Assembly: GCA_963847625.1 (NCBI GenBank)
Contig: CAWKAR010000045.1
Span: forward strand, 32,001 to 96,000
DNA length: 64,000 bases
Direction: 5' to 3'
Origin: a candidate division FCPU426 bacterium
GTDB taxonomy: Bacteria > Oederibacteriota > Muellerivitia > Muellerivitales > Muellerivitaceae
The translations under genes were made by a program, and so were the position numbers. Shown one piece after another: positions 44,330 through 52,531 of the stretch. The notes below the pieces were generated by a model that was not told the DNA's origin, searched no databases, and was given only the letters and a program-made list of their open reading frames with translations. Within the stretch, counting starts at the first letter, position 1; each line of letters begins with the position of its first letter.

Positions 44330-44450
44330 CAAATTTCGGGGTACTTAGTAGCAGATACCGGTGAACCTAGTAGCAGATTCCGGGGAACCTAGTAGCAGAT
44401 ACCGGGGAATCTAGTAGCAGAACCCAGTGAACCTAGTAGCAGATTTCGGG
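44330..44450. repeat. Continuation of the 22-bp array (end of unit 19 plus units 20-24)
   Basis: Units start at 44341, 44363, 44385, 44407 and 44429 with the same consensus. Confidence 0.95.
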
Positions 44451-44489
44451 ACACCTATTGGCATATTGGCTTTTTAAAAGGAGTTTTAT

Positions 44490-46043
44490 ATGGCTGGTAT
44501 AAAACAAGAATCCCTATCTTGGATCGATCAAATTAAAGACCTAAAAGCCTATCTTAAGAAAAAGCCCTCCGCTAAAAGAATTGAGCTTAGAGAAGCTCTC
44601 AAACTTAGCGATGGTCGAATCACCATTCTTTACTCCATTGAAACCTGTTTCGACGAACTTGCCTTGAAAAAGGTTCGTCAGGCGGCAAAAGGGGCATCCC
44701 CCTTTACCCTGTCCTCAAACGCCGCCCTGGCCTTGGCAAAGTTGAAAGGGAGAGTCCAGGATTTTCCCAAGATATTCCACCAGGTTTTGGATTTTGTTTT
44801 GGCCCAAAGATTGATTCCGATGAAAATCGAAGCCCTGGTGGAGTGGATTATAGAAGGTAAACCAATTAGTGGATTCGACCCCACCCGGGTCAAGAGAAAG
44901 AGCCCGAAAGGCCCCTCCTTGGGACCCAGGGAGGTTCGGGAAGAAGCCGCCCCAATAGGGAATAAATCCGATGTCCAAACGCCAGGGGCGGCCGTTGGCC
45001 GGGAGGGGGAATTACCGCCCCAAAAGCCGGGGGAAAAACCGGACTGGAAGGGCATTAGGGAAGCTATTTACGGGGCCGCGACTTTGGTGTTCATCATATT
45101 GTTCGCGAGGTGCGCGTGGCATGATTTTAAAACCTGGGAGGGCGCGCAAACCCATTCTGATGCCGCGGCCACGCCGGCAGTCGCCAATAATCCAAGCGGT
45201 TCGAATGAGGCCACGAATGCAGGAAGTAAGTTAGAAGTTAGGAGTGAGGAGTTAGGAGTTAAGGCGAACAACCAACCTACCTCAATTCAAAATTCGGGCG
45301 CGCCAGCGCCCGTTGTTGCTTGGAATGCTTCCCTCGAAACCGAAACCCAAATGGACAATGAACTTTTCCCCTTGCCCGATTACTGCGTCATCAAGCCCAT
45401 CCTGCCCTTGCCGGCGGTGAATATGGACGCGGTAAAAGCCGGGAATTTATTGGCTCTTTTCCAGGATGTCGACAAATACTCGGTCTGGTACGGGAACGAG
45501 AGAGTGACCGTCGAATCAGCCCCCGTCAACCCCGCCTTCCTGGCTCTTTTTTTCAAGGACAAGGGACCGGTGGAAATAAATTGGAATACCCTGAAAGCCA
45601 TTCATTGCGATGAAGCGCAGGTGTTCGGGGAACACACCGGGGAGACCCTGTACCAATGCGGGTTGGTTTCGTCCGGCTTGGAAAAGGCCGTCGAAATCGA
45701 ATGTACCGCGCTTGATGATTTCAACAACCTGGTATCGGCCCTGTTTTTTTGGGCCAAGAACGTGACGCCGTCGGGACTGCCTTACCTTCACCAGGGAACC
45801 GTGTTCGACAGCCAAGCGCTGGTCAAGGTGGTATGGGCCGGAAGCCCGGCGGACAAGGCGGGTTTGAGACTAAACGACATGGTTTGGGGATTGGACCAGG
45901 ACGGCGACCGACAACAAAAACCCATCGCCGTGGAAAAGGGTTTGGATGCCCTCGAAGCGGGAAGGCATGCGCTATACGTGATCCGGGGAGGGAGGGTGTC
46001 CCCGGAAACGCCCAGGACGAGGCTTGAGTTGATGGTTCCATAA
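44490..46043 (+). CDS. Hypothetical single-pass membrane protein: ParB/Spo0J-like HTH, TM helix, extracytoplasmic domain, PDZ-like domain
   Basis: RBS AAGGAG; SLSWIDQ...ELREALKLS..RIT...LSSNAALALAKL...IEALV resembles the ParB DNA-binding region; TM IYGAATLVFIILFA; V..GSPADKAGLRLND.V PDZ motif. Confidence 0.6.
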   Translation: MAGIKQESLSWIDQIKDLKAYLKKKPSAKRIELREALKLSDGRITILYSIETCFDELALKKVRQAAKGASPFTLSSNAALALAKLKGRVQDFPKIFHQVLDFVLAQRLIPMKIEALVEWIIEGKPISGFDPTRVKRKSPKGPSLGPREVREEAAPIGNKSDVQTPGAAVGREGELPPQKPGEKPDWKGIREAIYGAATLVFIILFARCAWHDFKTWEGAQTHSDAAATPAVANNPSGSNEATNAGSKLEVRSEELGVKANNQPTSIQNSGAPAPVVAWNASLETETQMDNELFPLPDYCVIKPILPLPAVNMDAVKAGNLLALFQDVDKYSVWYGNERVTVESAPVNPAFLALFFKDKGPVEINWNTLKAIHCDEAQVFGEHTGETLYQCGLVSSGLEKAVEIECTALDDFNNLVSALFFWAKNVTPSGLPYLHQGTVFDSQALVKVVWAGSPADKAGLRLNDMVWGLDQDGDRQQKPIAVEKGLDALEAGRHALYVIRGGRVSPETPRTRLELMVP

Positions 46044-46132
46044 AACAACCCAGGGCGTGTAATTAAATTGAATGATGGCATAATGAAAGCCGGTTTTGCC
46101 AAACGCGGTCCTAAAAAGGCGGCATTGATAAG

Positions 46133-47035
46133 ATGAAAATATTTTTAACAGGCGGCAGCGGCTTTATCGGCCATTGGGTCGTCAAAGAGCTTTTGGCCCG
46201 GGGGCATCCCCTTCGCCTTTTGATCCGGAACACGGCTAAAATCCCCTCGCTGAAAACCATGACGGGTGTGGAGATCGTGGAAGGCACGCTATACGACCAG
46301 CCCATCATCGAGAAAGCCTTAAAAGATTGTGAGGCCTGTGTTCATATTGCCCTGGGTTGGGGGGAAACACCGACCACCATGCTTCAAAAGGACACGGCGG
46401 TCACCGCGTTTTTGTTGGAGGCGGCTGAAGGGGCGGGTGTGAAACAGTTTCTTTATACCTCCTCCACGGCCGCGGTGGGGGAGTTCCGCCCTCTCATGGC
46501 CGAAAGCGTTGACCTGAGGCCGGTCGACCTTTACGGGTCCACCAAGGCGGCTTCGGAGGCCTATCTGTTGGGCTTCGCGGCCAAGGCGCGTATTCGCTGC
46601 AACATCATCCGGCCCGGTTATACTTTCGGCAATCCCGCTTTCGCGGATGGGGTCACCCAGCCGGACCAGCGTTTCAACCAGATCGTCGCGGCGGCGAAAA
46701 AGAATGGGCCTATCAAGGTCACCCAGCATGATGGAACGCAGTTCATCTGGGCGGGGGACCTGGCGAAGTTGTATTCCGCTGTTTTAAGGGGCGGAATGAA
46801 CCGCCGGATTTTCTTCGGCTTATCCAATGAGTTTGTGACTTGGAAAGCGGTGGCTCAAAAAGCCAAAGAGATCATTGGCTCCCACAGTGAGATCGTGGCC
46901 GAGGACAAGGGCTGGGACGAAAAGCCGATGTTGTTTGACCTGGGCATGATCAAGAAAGAGTTCGGCCTGGAATTCACGGCCTCCCAAGAAATCGAGAAGC
47001 ATTTGGAATATTTGGCAAGGCGAGCCATCGCTTGA
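46133..47035 (+). CDS. NAD-dependent epimerase/dehydratase (extended SDR)
   Basis: TGGSGFIG, TSS and YGSTK motifs. Confidence 0.9.
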   Translation: MKIFLTGGSGFIGHWVVKELLARGHPLRLLIRNTAKIPSLKTMTGVEIVEGTLYDQPIIEKALKDCEACVHIALGWGETPTTMLQKDTAVTAFLLEAAEGAGVKQFLYTSSTAAVGEFRPLMAESVDLRPVDLYGSTKAASEAYLLGFAAKARIRCNIIRPGYTFGNPAFADGVTQPDQRFNQIVAAAKKNGPIKVTQHDGTQFIWAGDLAKLYSAVLRGGMNRRIFFGLSNEFVTWKAVAQKAKEIIGSHSEIVAEDKGWDEKPMLFDLGMIKKEFGLEFTASQEIEKHLEYLARRAIA

Positions 47036-47061
47036 TCTCAAATCAAGCGATGATGATTGCT

Positions 47062-47088
47062 CGCACAGATTCAAAAGGAATCTGTGCG
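47062..47088. terminator. Perfect 11-bp hairpin downstream of the epimerase (terminator or stability element)
   Basis: CGCACAGATTC-AAAAG-GAATCTGTGCG; no clear U-tract. Confidence 0.4.
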
Positions 47089-47423
47089 TGCCTAGAAATT
47101 ACAACTTTTCAAATAGGCCGGATTTTGGAAATGGCGCGAGGTGTCCATTTTTTCAGGGAAACTCCAGCCTTCGCCCCAACCGCGGCACCCGCATAAAAAT
47201 TCCCAAACGTCCTTGCCGTTCCTAAAGGTTTTCCTTTTATTCCTCAGCCCCACACCCTTGCATCTCCATCTTTAAAAGTTGCCCTAAGGAATAGTGTGGA
47301 ATAAGCTATATCAACGTTTTTAAGATTTTTTTACCCTAGGTATCCATGCGCCGGTTCACTATAAAAATTAAAATGATAATCTGTGCAATACCAAACTCTA
47401 TAAATGCTTTAAGGAAGGTTGGC

Positions 47424-48686
47424 ATGCAGAAGATTTTATTTCGATTGAGTTCCGGCCTAATGCTATTGGCGTTTTTAGGGTTATTTCCGGCCGCATGCGG
47501 CAAGAAAGGCGTCACCGTGACGACCCTGGCGGGGACAGGGAATGCCGGATGGAACAATGGTACGGGGACCGACGCTTCGTTTTCTTATCCCTATGGGGTC
47601 GCGGTTGATTCCACTGGAAATGTTTACGTCGCGGATTGGGGCAACAACCTGATCCGGAAAATAACCGCTACGGGTGAGGTGACGACCTGGGCGGGCGGCG
47701 GGTCGGGTACTGCGACCAATGGTACGGGAACCTCCGCAACGTTTTGGATCCCCACGGGAGTTGCGGTTGATTCTAACGGTAATGTTTACGTCGCGGACCA
47801 AGGCAACCACTTAATCCGGAAGATCGACTCAAATGGCGTGGTGACCACCTTGGCGGGAAGGGCAGGTGTTGTTGGGTCCTCGGATGGGCCGGCGAAAGAC
47901 GCTACCTTCAATTTGCCCACTGGAGTCGCTGTCGATGCCGCCGGGAATGTTTACGTGGCCGATTCGGGCAACCATGTGATCCGAAAAATTTCCGAAGGGG
48001 GTGTCGTGACGACCTTGGCTGGTTCCGCGGGCGTGACCGGCTCCGGCGACGGGACGGGAATCGCCGCGGATTTTAACACGCCCTTCGGGGTCGCGGTTGA
48101 TGCTTCCGGGAATGTTTATGTCGCCGATTACGGCAACCATCTGATCCGTAAAATCAATTCGGCGGGGTTGGTGACGACCCTGGCGGGGACCGGGGTGGTT
48201 GGGTCCGCCAACGGGCCGGCGACCGCCGCCCAGTTCTTCAATCCCGAGGGAATCGCGGTTGATTCCTCCGGGAATGTTTTTGCCGGGGATTCGGGCAACC
48301 ATTTGATCCGGAAAATCACACCCGACGGGATGGTCTCGACCCTGGCGGGGACGGGGCAAGCGGGTTATGCGGACGGACCCACCATTGTCCCATCGTTTTC
48401 GTGGCATTTTTGGAAATCTGTCATCGGATGGTTCCGAAATGTCAACGCCGGCGCCCCGGTGCAGATTATCGGGGGGGCCATGGGGGTTACCACCGGCGGT
48501 TTATCGTCTCCCCCGACACCTGGGAACCAGGGGATGCCCCAGGCGACTCCGGCGGGGACTGCCATGCCCCCCAGCAGACCGGTGGTTCCAGCGTCGTTCC
48601 AGTGGCCCGCGGGAATCGCGGTTGATTCCTCGGGAACTGTTTACGTGGCGGACCGGGACAACCATATGGTCCGGAAAATTAAATAA
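47424..48686 (+). CDS. NHL-repeat beta-propeller lipoprotein 1
   Basis: Lipobox-like LFPAAC; repeats F..P.GVAVD..GNVYVAD.GN.LIRKI; RBS AAGGAAGG. Confidence 0.88.
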   Translation: MQKILFRLSSGLMLLAFLGLFPAACGKKGVTVTTLAGTGNAGWNNGTGTDASFSYPYGVAVDSTGNVYVADWGNNLIRKITATGEVTTWAGGGSGTATNGTGTSATFWIPTGVAVDSNGNVYVADQGNHLIRKIDSNGVVTTLAGRAGVVGSSDGPAKDATFNLPTGVAVDAAGNVYVADSGNHVIRKISEGGVVTTLAGSAGVTGSGDGTGIAADFNTPFGVAVDASGNVYVADYGNHLIRKINSAGLVTTLAGTGVVGSANGPATAAQFFNPEGIAVDSSGNVFAGDSGNHLIRKITPDGMVSTLAGTGQAGYADGPTIVPSFSWHFWKSVIGWFRNVNAGAPVQIIGGAMGVTTGGLSSPPTPGNQGMPQATPAGTAMPPSRPVVPASFQWPAGIAVDSSGTVYVADRDNHMVRKIK

Positions 48687-49032
48687 CTTTAAAGAAGGTT
48701 GGCATGCGCCGATTCTTTATAAAAATTAAGGTAAGTATCCTTTTACAACAAGTAAAAGCAAAAAGATATGGAACCGCCGATCAAATCCGATGGACGCCGA
48801 TAAGTTTGAGAAAGCCTTAAACTATAAGCCGTTATCGGCGCGTGCGGAGCACGTCGGTCGTTATCCGCGGTAAAAAAATTTCTTTACGGTCGTGAAGGTA
48901 TAGTCACCAAAATAAAATGATAATCGGTGCTATACCGCGCCGGTTCCCCTATGGAACCGACACATCAAAACATGCGCCTCGGTTTGAAGCCCCGGCGCAG
49001 GTGCTCCTTTAACATCTTTGTGGAAGGTTGGC

Positions 49033-50091
49033 ATGCGCCGAACTTTATTCCCTCTGGGTTCCAGCCTTGCGCTATTAGTTGTTTTTGGTTTATTCCCATC
49101 CGCTTGCGGAAAAAGAAGCGGCGCAGTGACGACCCTGGCGGGAAATATCTTGGCTGGGTTCGCCGATGGAAAGGGAAGAGAAGCAACGTTTACTCATCCT
49201 GGTGGTGTCGCGGTTGATTCTTCCGGCAATGTTTACGTCGCGGATACTGAAAACCAACTCATCCGTAAAATCACAGCTGACGGGGTGGTGTCGACCCTGG
49301 CGGGGTCGGCGGGGGTCACCGGGGAAAGCAACGGAACGGGAACCGCCGCCTCGTTCAATCATCCCACTGGAGTCGCGGTCGATTCATCCGGGAATGTTTA
49401 TGTCGCGGACTCCAACAACAACCGGATACGGAAAATCACCCCGACGGGCGTGGTAACGACCCTGGCGGGGTCCGGTTCAGTTGGTTCCGGCAATGGGACT
49501 GGTACCTTCGCATCGTTCAATTGGCCCCGCGCGGTCGCTGTCGATTCTTCGGGAAATGTTTACGTCGCGGATGCGGCGAACCGATTGATCCGGAAAATCA
49601 CCCATGAGGGCGTGGTAACGACCCTGGCTGGGTCGGGATCTCAAGGGTCTTCCAATGGGCAGGGAACATCGGCATTGTTCAACCAGATTTGGGGGATCGC
49701 GGTTGATTCCCCGGGAAATGTTTACGTGGCGGACACTTTCAACCATCTGATCCGGAAAATCACCCCTGCCGGTTTGGTGTCAACCCTGGCGGGGTCGGGG
49801 GCGCAAGGATCTGCCAACGGAACGGGCCCCGCGGCAGCCTTTTCTTATCCTGCCGGCGTCGCCGTTGATGCTTCCGGGATTGTTTATATCGCGGATTACC
49901 ATGACTTCCTGATCCGGAAAATTACCGCCGGGGGAGTGGTGACGACCCTGGCAGGGACGGGATCTCCGGGGGCTGTCAACGGGATAGGGACCGACGCATC
50001 GTTCAATAAACCCACCGGAATCGCGGCCGATTCCTCCGGTACTGTTTACATCGCGGATACCTTCAATAACTTGATCCGAAAAATCCAATAA
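49033..50091 (+). CDS. NHL-repeat beta-propeller lipoprotein 2
   Basis: Lipobox-like LFPSAC; six NHL repeats. Confidence 0.88.
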   Translation: MRRTLFPLGSSLALLVVFGLFPSACGKRSGAVTTLAGNILAGFADGKGREATFTHPGGVAVDSSGNVYVADTENQLIRKITADGVVSTLAGSAGVTGESNGTGTAASFNHPTGVAVDSSGNVYVADSNNNRIRKITPTGVVTTLAGSGSVGSGNGTGTFASFNWPRAVAVDSSGNVYVADAANRLIRKITHEGVVTTLAGSGSQGSSNGQGTSALFNQIWGIAVDSPGNVYVADTFNHLIRKITPAGLVSTLAGSGAQGSANGTGPAAAFSYPAGVAVDASGIVYIADYHDFLIRKITAGGVVTTLAGTGSPGAVNGIGTDASFNKPTGIAADSSGTVYIADTFNNLIRKIQ

Positions 50092-50132
50092 ATTTAATCA
50101 ACCCCTGGAGAAACGAAAAAGGTTTTTCACCC

Positions 50133-52244
50133 ATGGCCATACCTAAAACATGGTCGTACCATTCCCGGTTCAACCGCTGGATCTATTTCGCCATCCTTCT
50201 CTTGGCCAATCTGGGCATTTCAATTTTAAAATTACCCCCGCTCCTTCTTGCAGTCGTGGTCATCCTAGGGCTGGCCCTCCCGCTTTATATCGCATGGAGA
50301 ACTTCCACCCTTCAGGCTCCGGGACAGCCACCGTCTTACTCCGTTGAATTGTTCGAATCTTTTCCAACAGCCCTCATCCTCGCGGGTTTTGCCCTGTGCG
50401 TTTTCCTGCGGTTCTATAAATTGGAAGGCCTTTTCGCCTGGCCCAACGGGGATGAGGGTTGGATCGGGATGAATGCCATGGAATTGGCCCGCCACTGGAA
50501 CTGGAAATTTTTTTACACCACGGGGGAGGTCCCCCCCCTTTCCGTGTGGGCGGTAGCCGCCATGTTCAAAACGGGCCTCTCCCCCTTTTTGTGCCTTTGG
50601 TTCCTACCCGCCGCCGCGTCCAGCCTTACGGTGGCGGCCGGGTATTACGCGGCCCGCCAATTATTTTCAAGGTCCTTCTCGCTCCTGGCGGGAGCCCTGC
50701 TGGCCTTCAGTTACTGGCCCCTTTTCATCGGCCGGACCTGCAACCATGGGGTCTGGATGGCCTTCTGGGTTTGCGGTTGTTTTTTCTTTTTAGGCCGCTT
50801 CCTTAAAAACGACACGGGCAGTCAAAAAGGCGGGGAAGCCGCCGTCTTGGGTTTCGTCTCGGGCCTGGGTTCATTGATCTTCACCCCCTGGCCGGTCGTG
50901 ACCCTGGCCATCGCGGTTTTTGTGTACCAGCGCACGATGGCCGGAGAGAGAAAGAACCGGAAAAATTTTTTCATTTTCACCGCCTTCCTCCTCCTTTCAC
51001 TGCTTCCTTACTTGGCGGCCGTCCTGTCCGCGAGGCCGGGGCAGCACGCCTCCGCGGTGGCGGCCTGGAGCGGATGGTTCCCGTGGAACCACCAAATCCC
51101 GGTCGTGCTTCACTATTTTACCTGCCTTTTCTGGAAGGATTTCGACGACACAGCGGCCTATACCCCCACCTGGTGGGGATTCTTGAACCCGGTCCTCAGC
51201 TCCTTTTTTTTCCTGGGGGTTATGGAAATTCTGCCATACCGGAGGATTCCAAGGGCCAAGTGGTTCTTTCCTCTTTTCCTTTTTTTCATGCTCCCGGGGC
51301 TTTTAACCATGAACTTGGAAGCCTTCAGGATCATCCAAGTCATGCCCCTTTTGACCGCCGTGTCGGCCCTGGGCCTGTTTTCCTTTCTTACCCCCCTTCC
51401 GCCGGCGGGGCGAATACCCGCGCTAGCGGTTATTCTTTTAGTTTCCGGCTCCATGGACTTTTTCCAACTGACCGCGCCATTCCGGGATATTGCCGCCCAT
51501 CCCGGACTCTTCGGCAGAAACGGCAGGTCCTTTCAAAGATACAAGGCCTACCAGGAGCTTCTCCAGGAAAGCCGGCAAAAAGGGCCCGGGTTGATCTTCA
51601 CCGATTTCGACCCCGACAGCCCCAATGACACGACCCTTTCTTTGATGACCCATCCCTTCAATGCCGCGCTGAACCCCGCTTTGGATTCTTCACAGGCCCA
51701 ATGGGCCGCCCTCTTCGTTAACGTGAATTACAAGCCTTACCTGGAAGCCCGTTTTCCCAATGGCCGTTGGGATTGGATGGCACAAGGCCTATCGATCGAT
51801 AACGGCGGATATATGCTGGGCGTGATTAACCTGACCCCTGAAACCCGGCCCGTGATCGCGCAATGGCTCCAGGTTCATGGCTTATTTCACGAGAACAACC
51901 TGCTGTGGTATTCGCAAAGCAGGCTGATGTGGGATGAGGTTTTCCAATCGCTTCAAAAAGCCGAGCCCCTCGTCCAGCAAGACCCTTTTTTATTCACCGT
52001 TTATTGGGAAAAAACCGCGGCCTATTACTACAAGAAAGTGGATTTCCCGGATTGCATCAAGGCCTATCTTAAGGCCATCAACCAGGGTTATCCGACGGCG
52101 GGGCTTTGCTACGACCTGGGTGACTTGATGTTGGCCCTCAAATACCCCAAAGACGCCATTCCGGCCCTCCGGTTGGCCGTCAAAGCCCCATTGGACATGA
52201 CCTCGGCCCGGAGCGTTCTTTTGCCAATGGGTGGTTACAAGTGA
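50133..52244 (+). CDS. GT-C (GT39/PMT-like) membrane glycosyltransferase with C-terminal TPR
   Basis: LRFYKL...NGDEG acidic loop motif, many TM helices and TPR-like C-terminus. Confidence 0.7.
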   Translation: MAIPKTWSYHSRFNRWIYFAILLLANLGISILKLPPLLLAVVVILGLALPLYIAWRTSTLQAPGQPPSYSVELFESFPTALILAGFALCVFLRFYKLEGLFAWPNGDEGWIGMNAMELARHWNWKFFYTTGEVPPLSVWAVAAMFKTGLSPFLCLWFLPAAASSLTVAAGYYAARQLFSRSFSLLAGALLAFSYWPLFIGRTCNHGVWMAFWVCGCFFFLGRFLKNDTGSQKGGEAAVLGFVSGLGSLIFTPWPVVTLAIAVFVYQRTMAGERKNRKNFFIFTAFLLLSLLPYLAAVLSARPGQHASAVAAWSGWFPWNHQIPVVLHYFTCLFWKDFDDTAAYTPTWWGFLNPVLSSFFFLGVMEILPYRRIPRAKWFFPLFLFFMLPGLLTMNLEAFRIIQVMPLLTAVSALGLFSFLTPLPPAGRIPALAVILLVSGSMDFFQLTAPFRDIAAHPGLFGRNGRSFQRYKAYQELLQESRQKGPGLIFTDFDPDSPNDTTLSLMTHPFNAALNPALDSSQAQWAALFVNVNYKPYLEARFPNGRWDWMAQGLSIDNGGYMLGVINLTPETRPVIAQWLQVHGLFHENNLLWYSQSRLMWDEVFQSLQKAEPLVQQDPFLFTVYWEKTAAYYYKKVDFPDCIKAYLKAINQGYPTAGLCYDLGDLMLALKYPKDAIPALRLAVKAPLDMTSARSVLLPMGGYK

Positions 52245-52450
52245 GGAGGCGTTCCCTGAAGGAAATGAACAAGGCCATCGAGGCCAACCCCCGTTTCGAG
52301 AAGGCCCGTGTAAACGCTGATTTTTTGGAGGAAATCTACAAGAAAATCCTCATGGTCATGCGTAACGCCTACTCTTCGGCAAACGGGGAAAAACAAACAT
52401 CCGCTGGTTTCGCACGCCGGGCGGAAATGTCCTCCAAAACATCCAACTAG
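52241..52450 (+). CDS. Short hypothetical protein or TPR-like remnant
   Basis: GTGA overlap with the upstream stop; KAIEANPRFEKARVN resembles a TPR end. Confidence 0.3.
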   Translation: MRRRSLKEMNKAIEANPRFEKARVNADFLEEIYKKILMVMRNAYSSANGEKQTSAGFARRAEMSSKTSN

Positions 52451-52497
52451 AAAACAAAAAAGCCCCACCGTTCAGACCGGTGGGGCTGATCTTTTTT
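52451..52497. terminator. Bidirectional intrinsic terminator between convergent genes
   Basis: AGCCCCACCG-TTCAGAC-CGGTGGGGCT stem with A-tract on the left and T-tract on the right. Confidence 0.8.
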
Positions 52498-52531
52498 AGG
52501 GATTGCTGGTTCGGAAATCCCCGACTGCCAA

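Noticed and set aside
44319..44347. IS256-derived hybrid promoter (TTGACG plus a downstream -10)
   Set aside because: The -35 box is good, but the hexamer at 17-bp spacing (TACTTA) lacks the conserved final T; support is too weak.
42563..44450. 22-bp array as a CRISPR array
   Set aside because: Units are head-to-tail with no unique spacers, the variable parts recur, and there are no cas genes in the window.
42563..44450. Array as a plasmid or phage replication origin
   Set aside because: The period fits iterons, but I saw no rep gene or DnaA-box cluster next to it, and the context is chromosomal.
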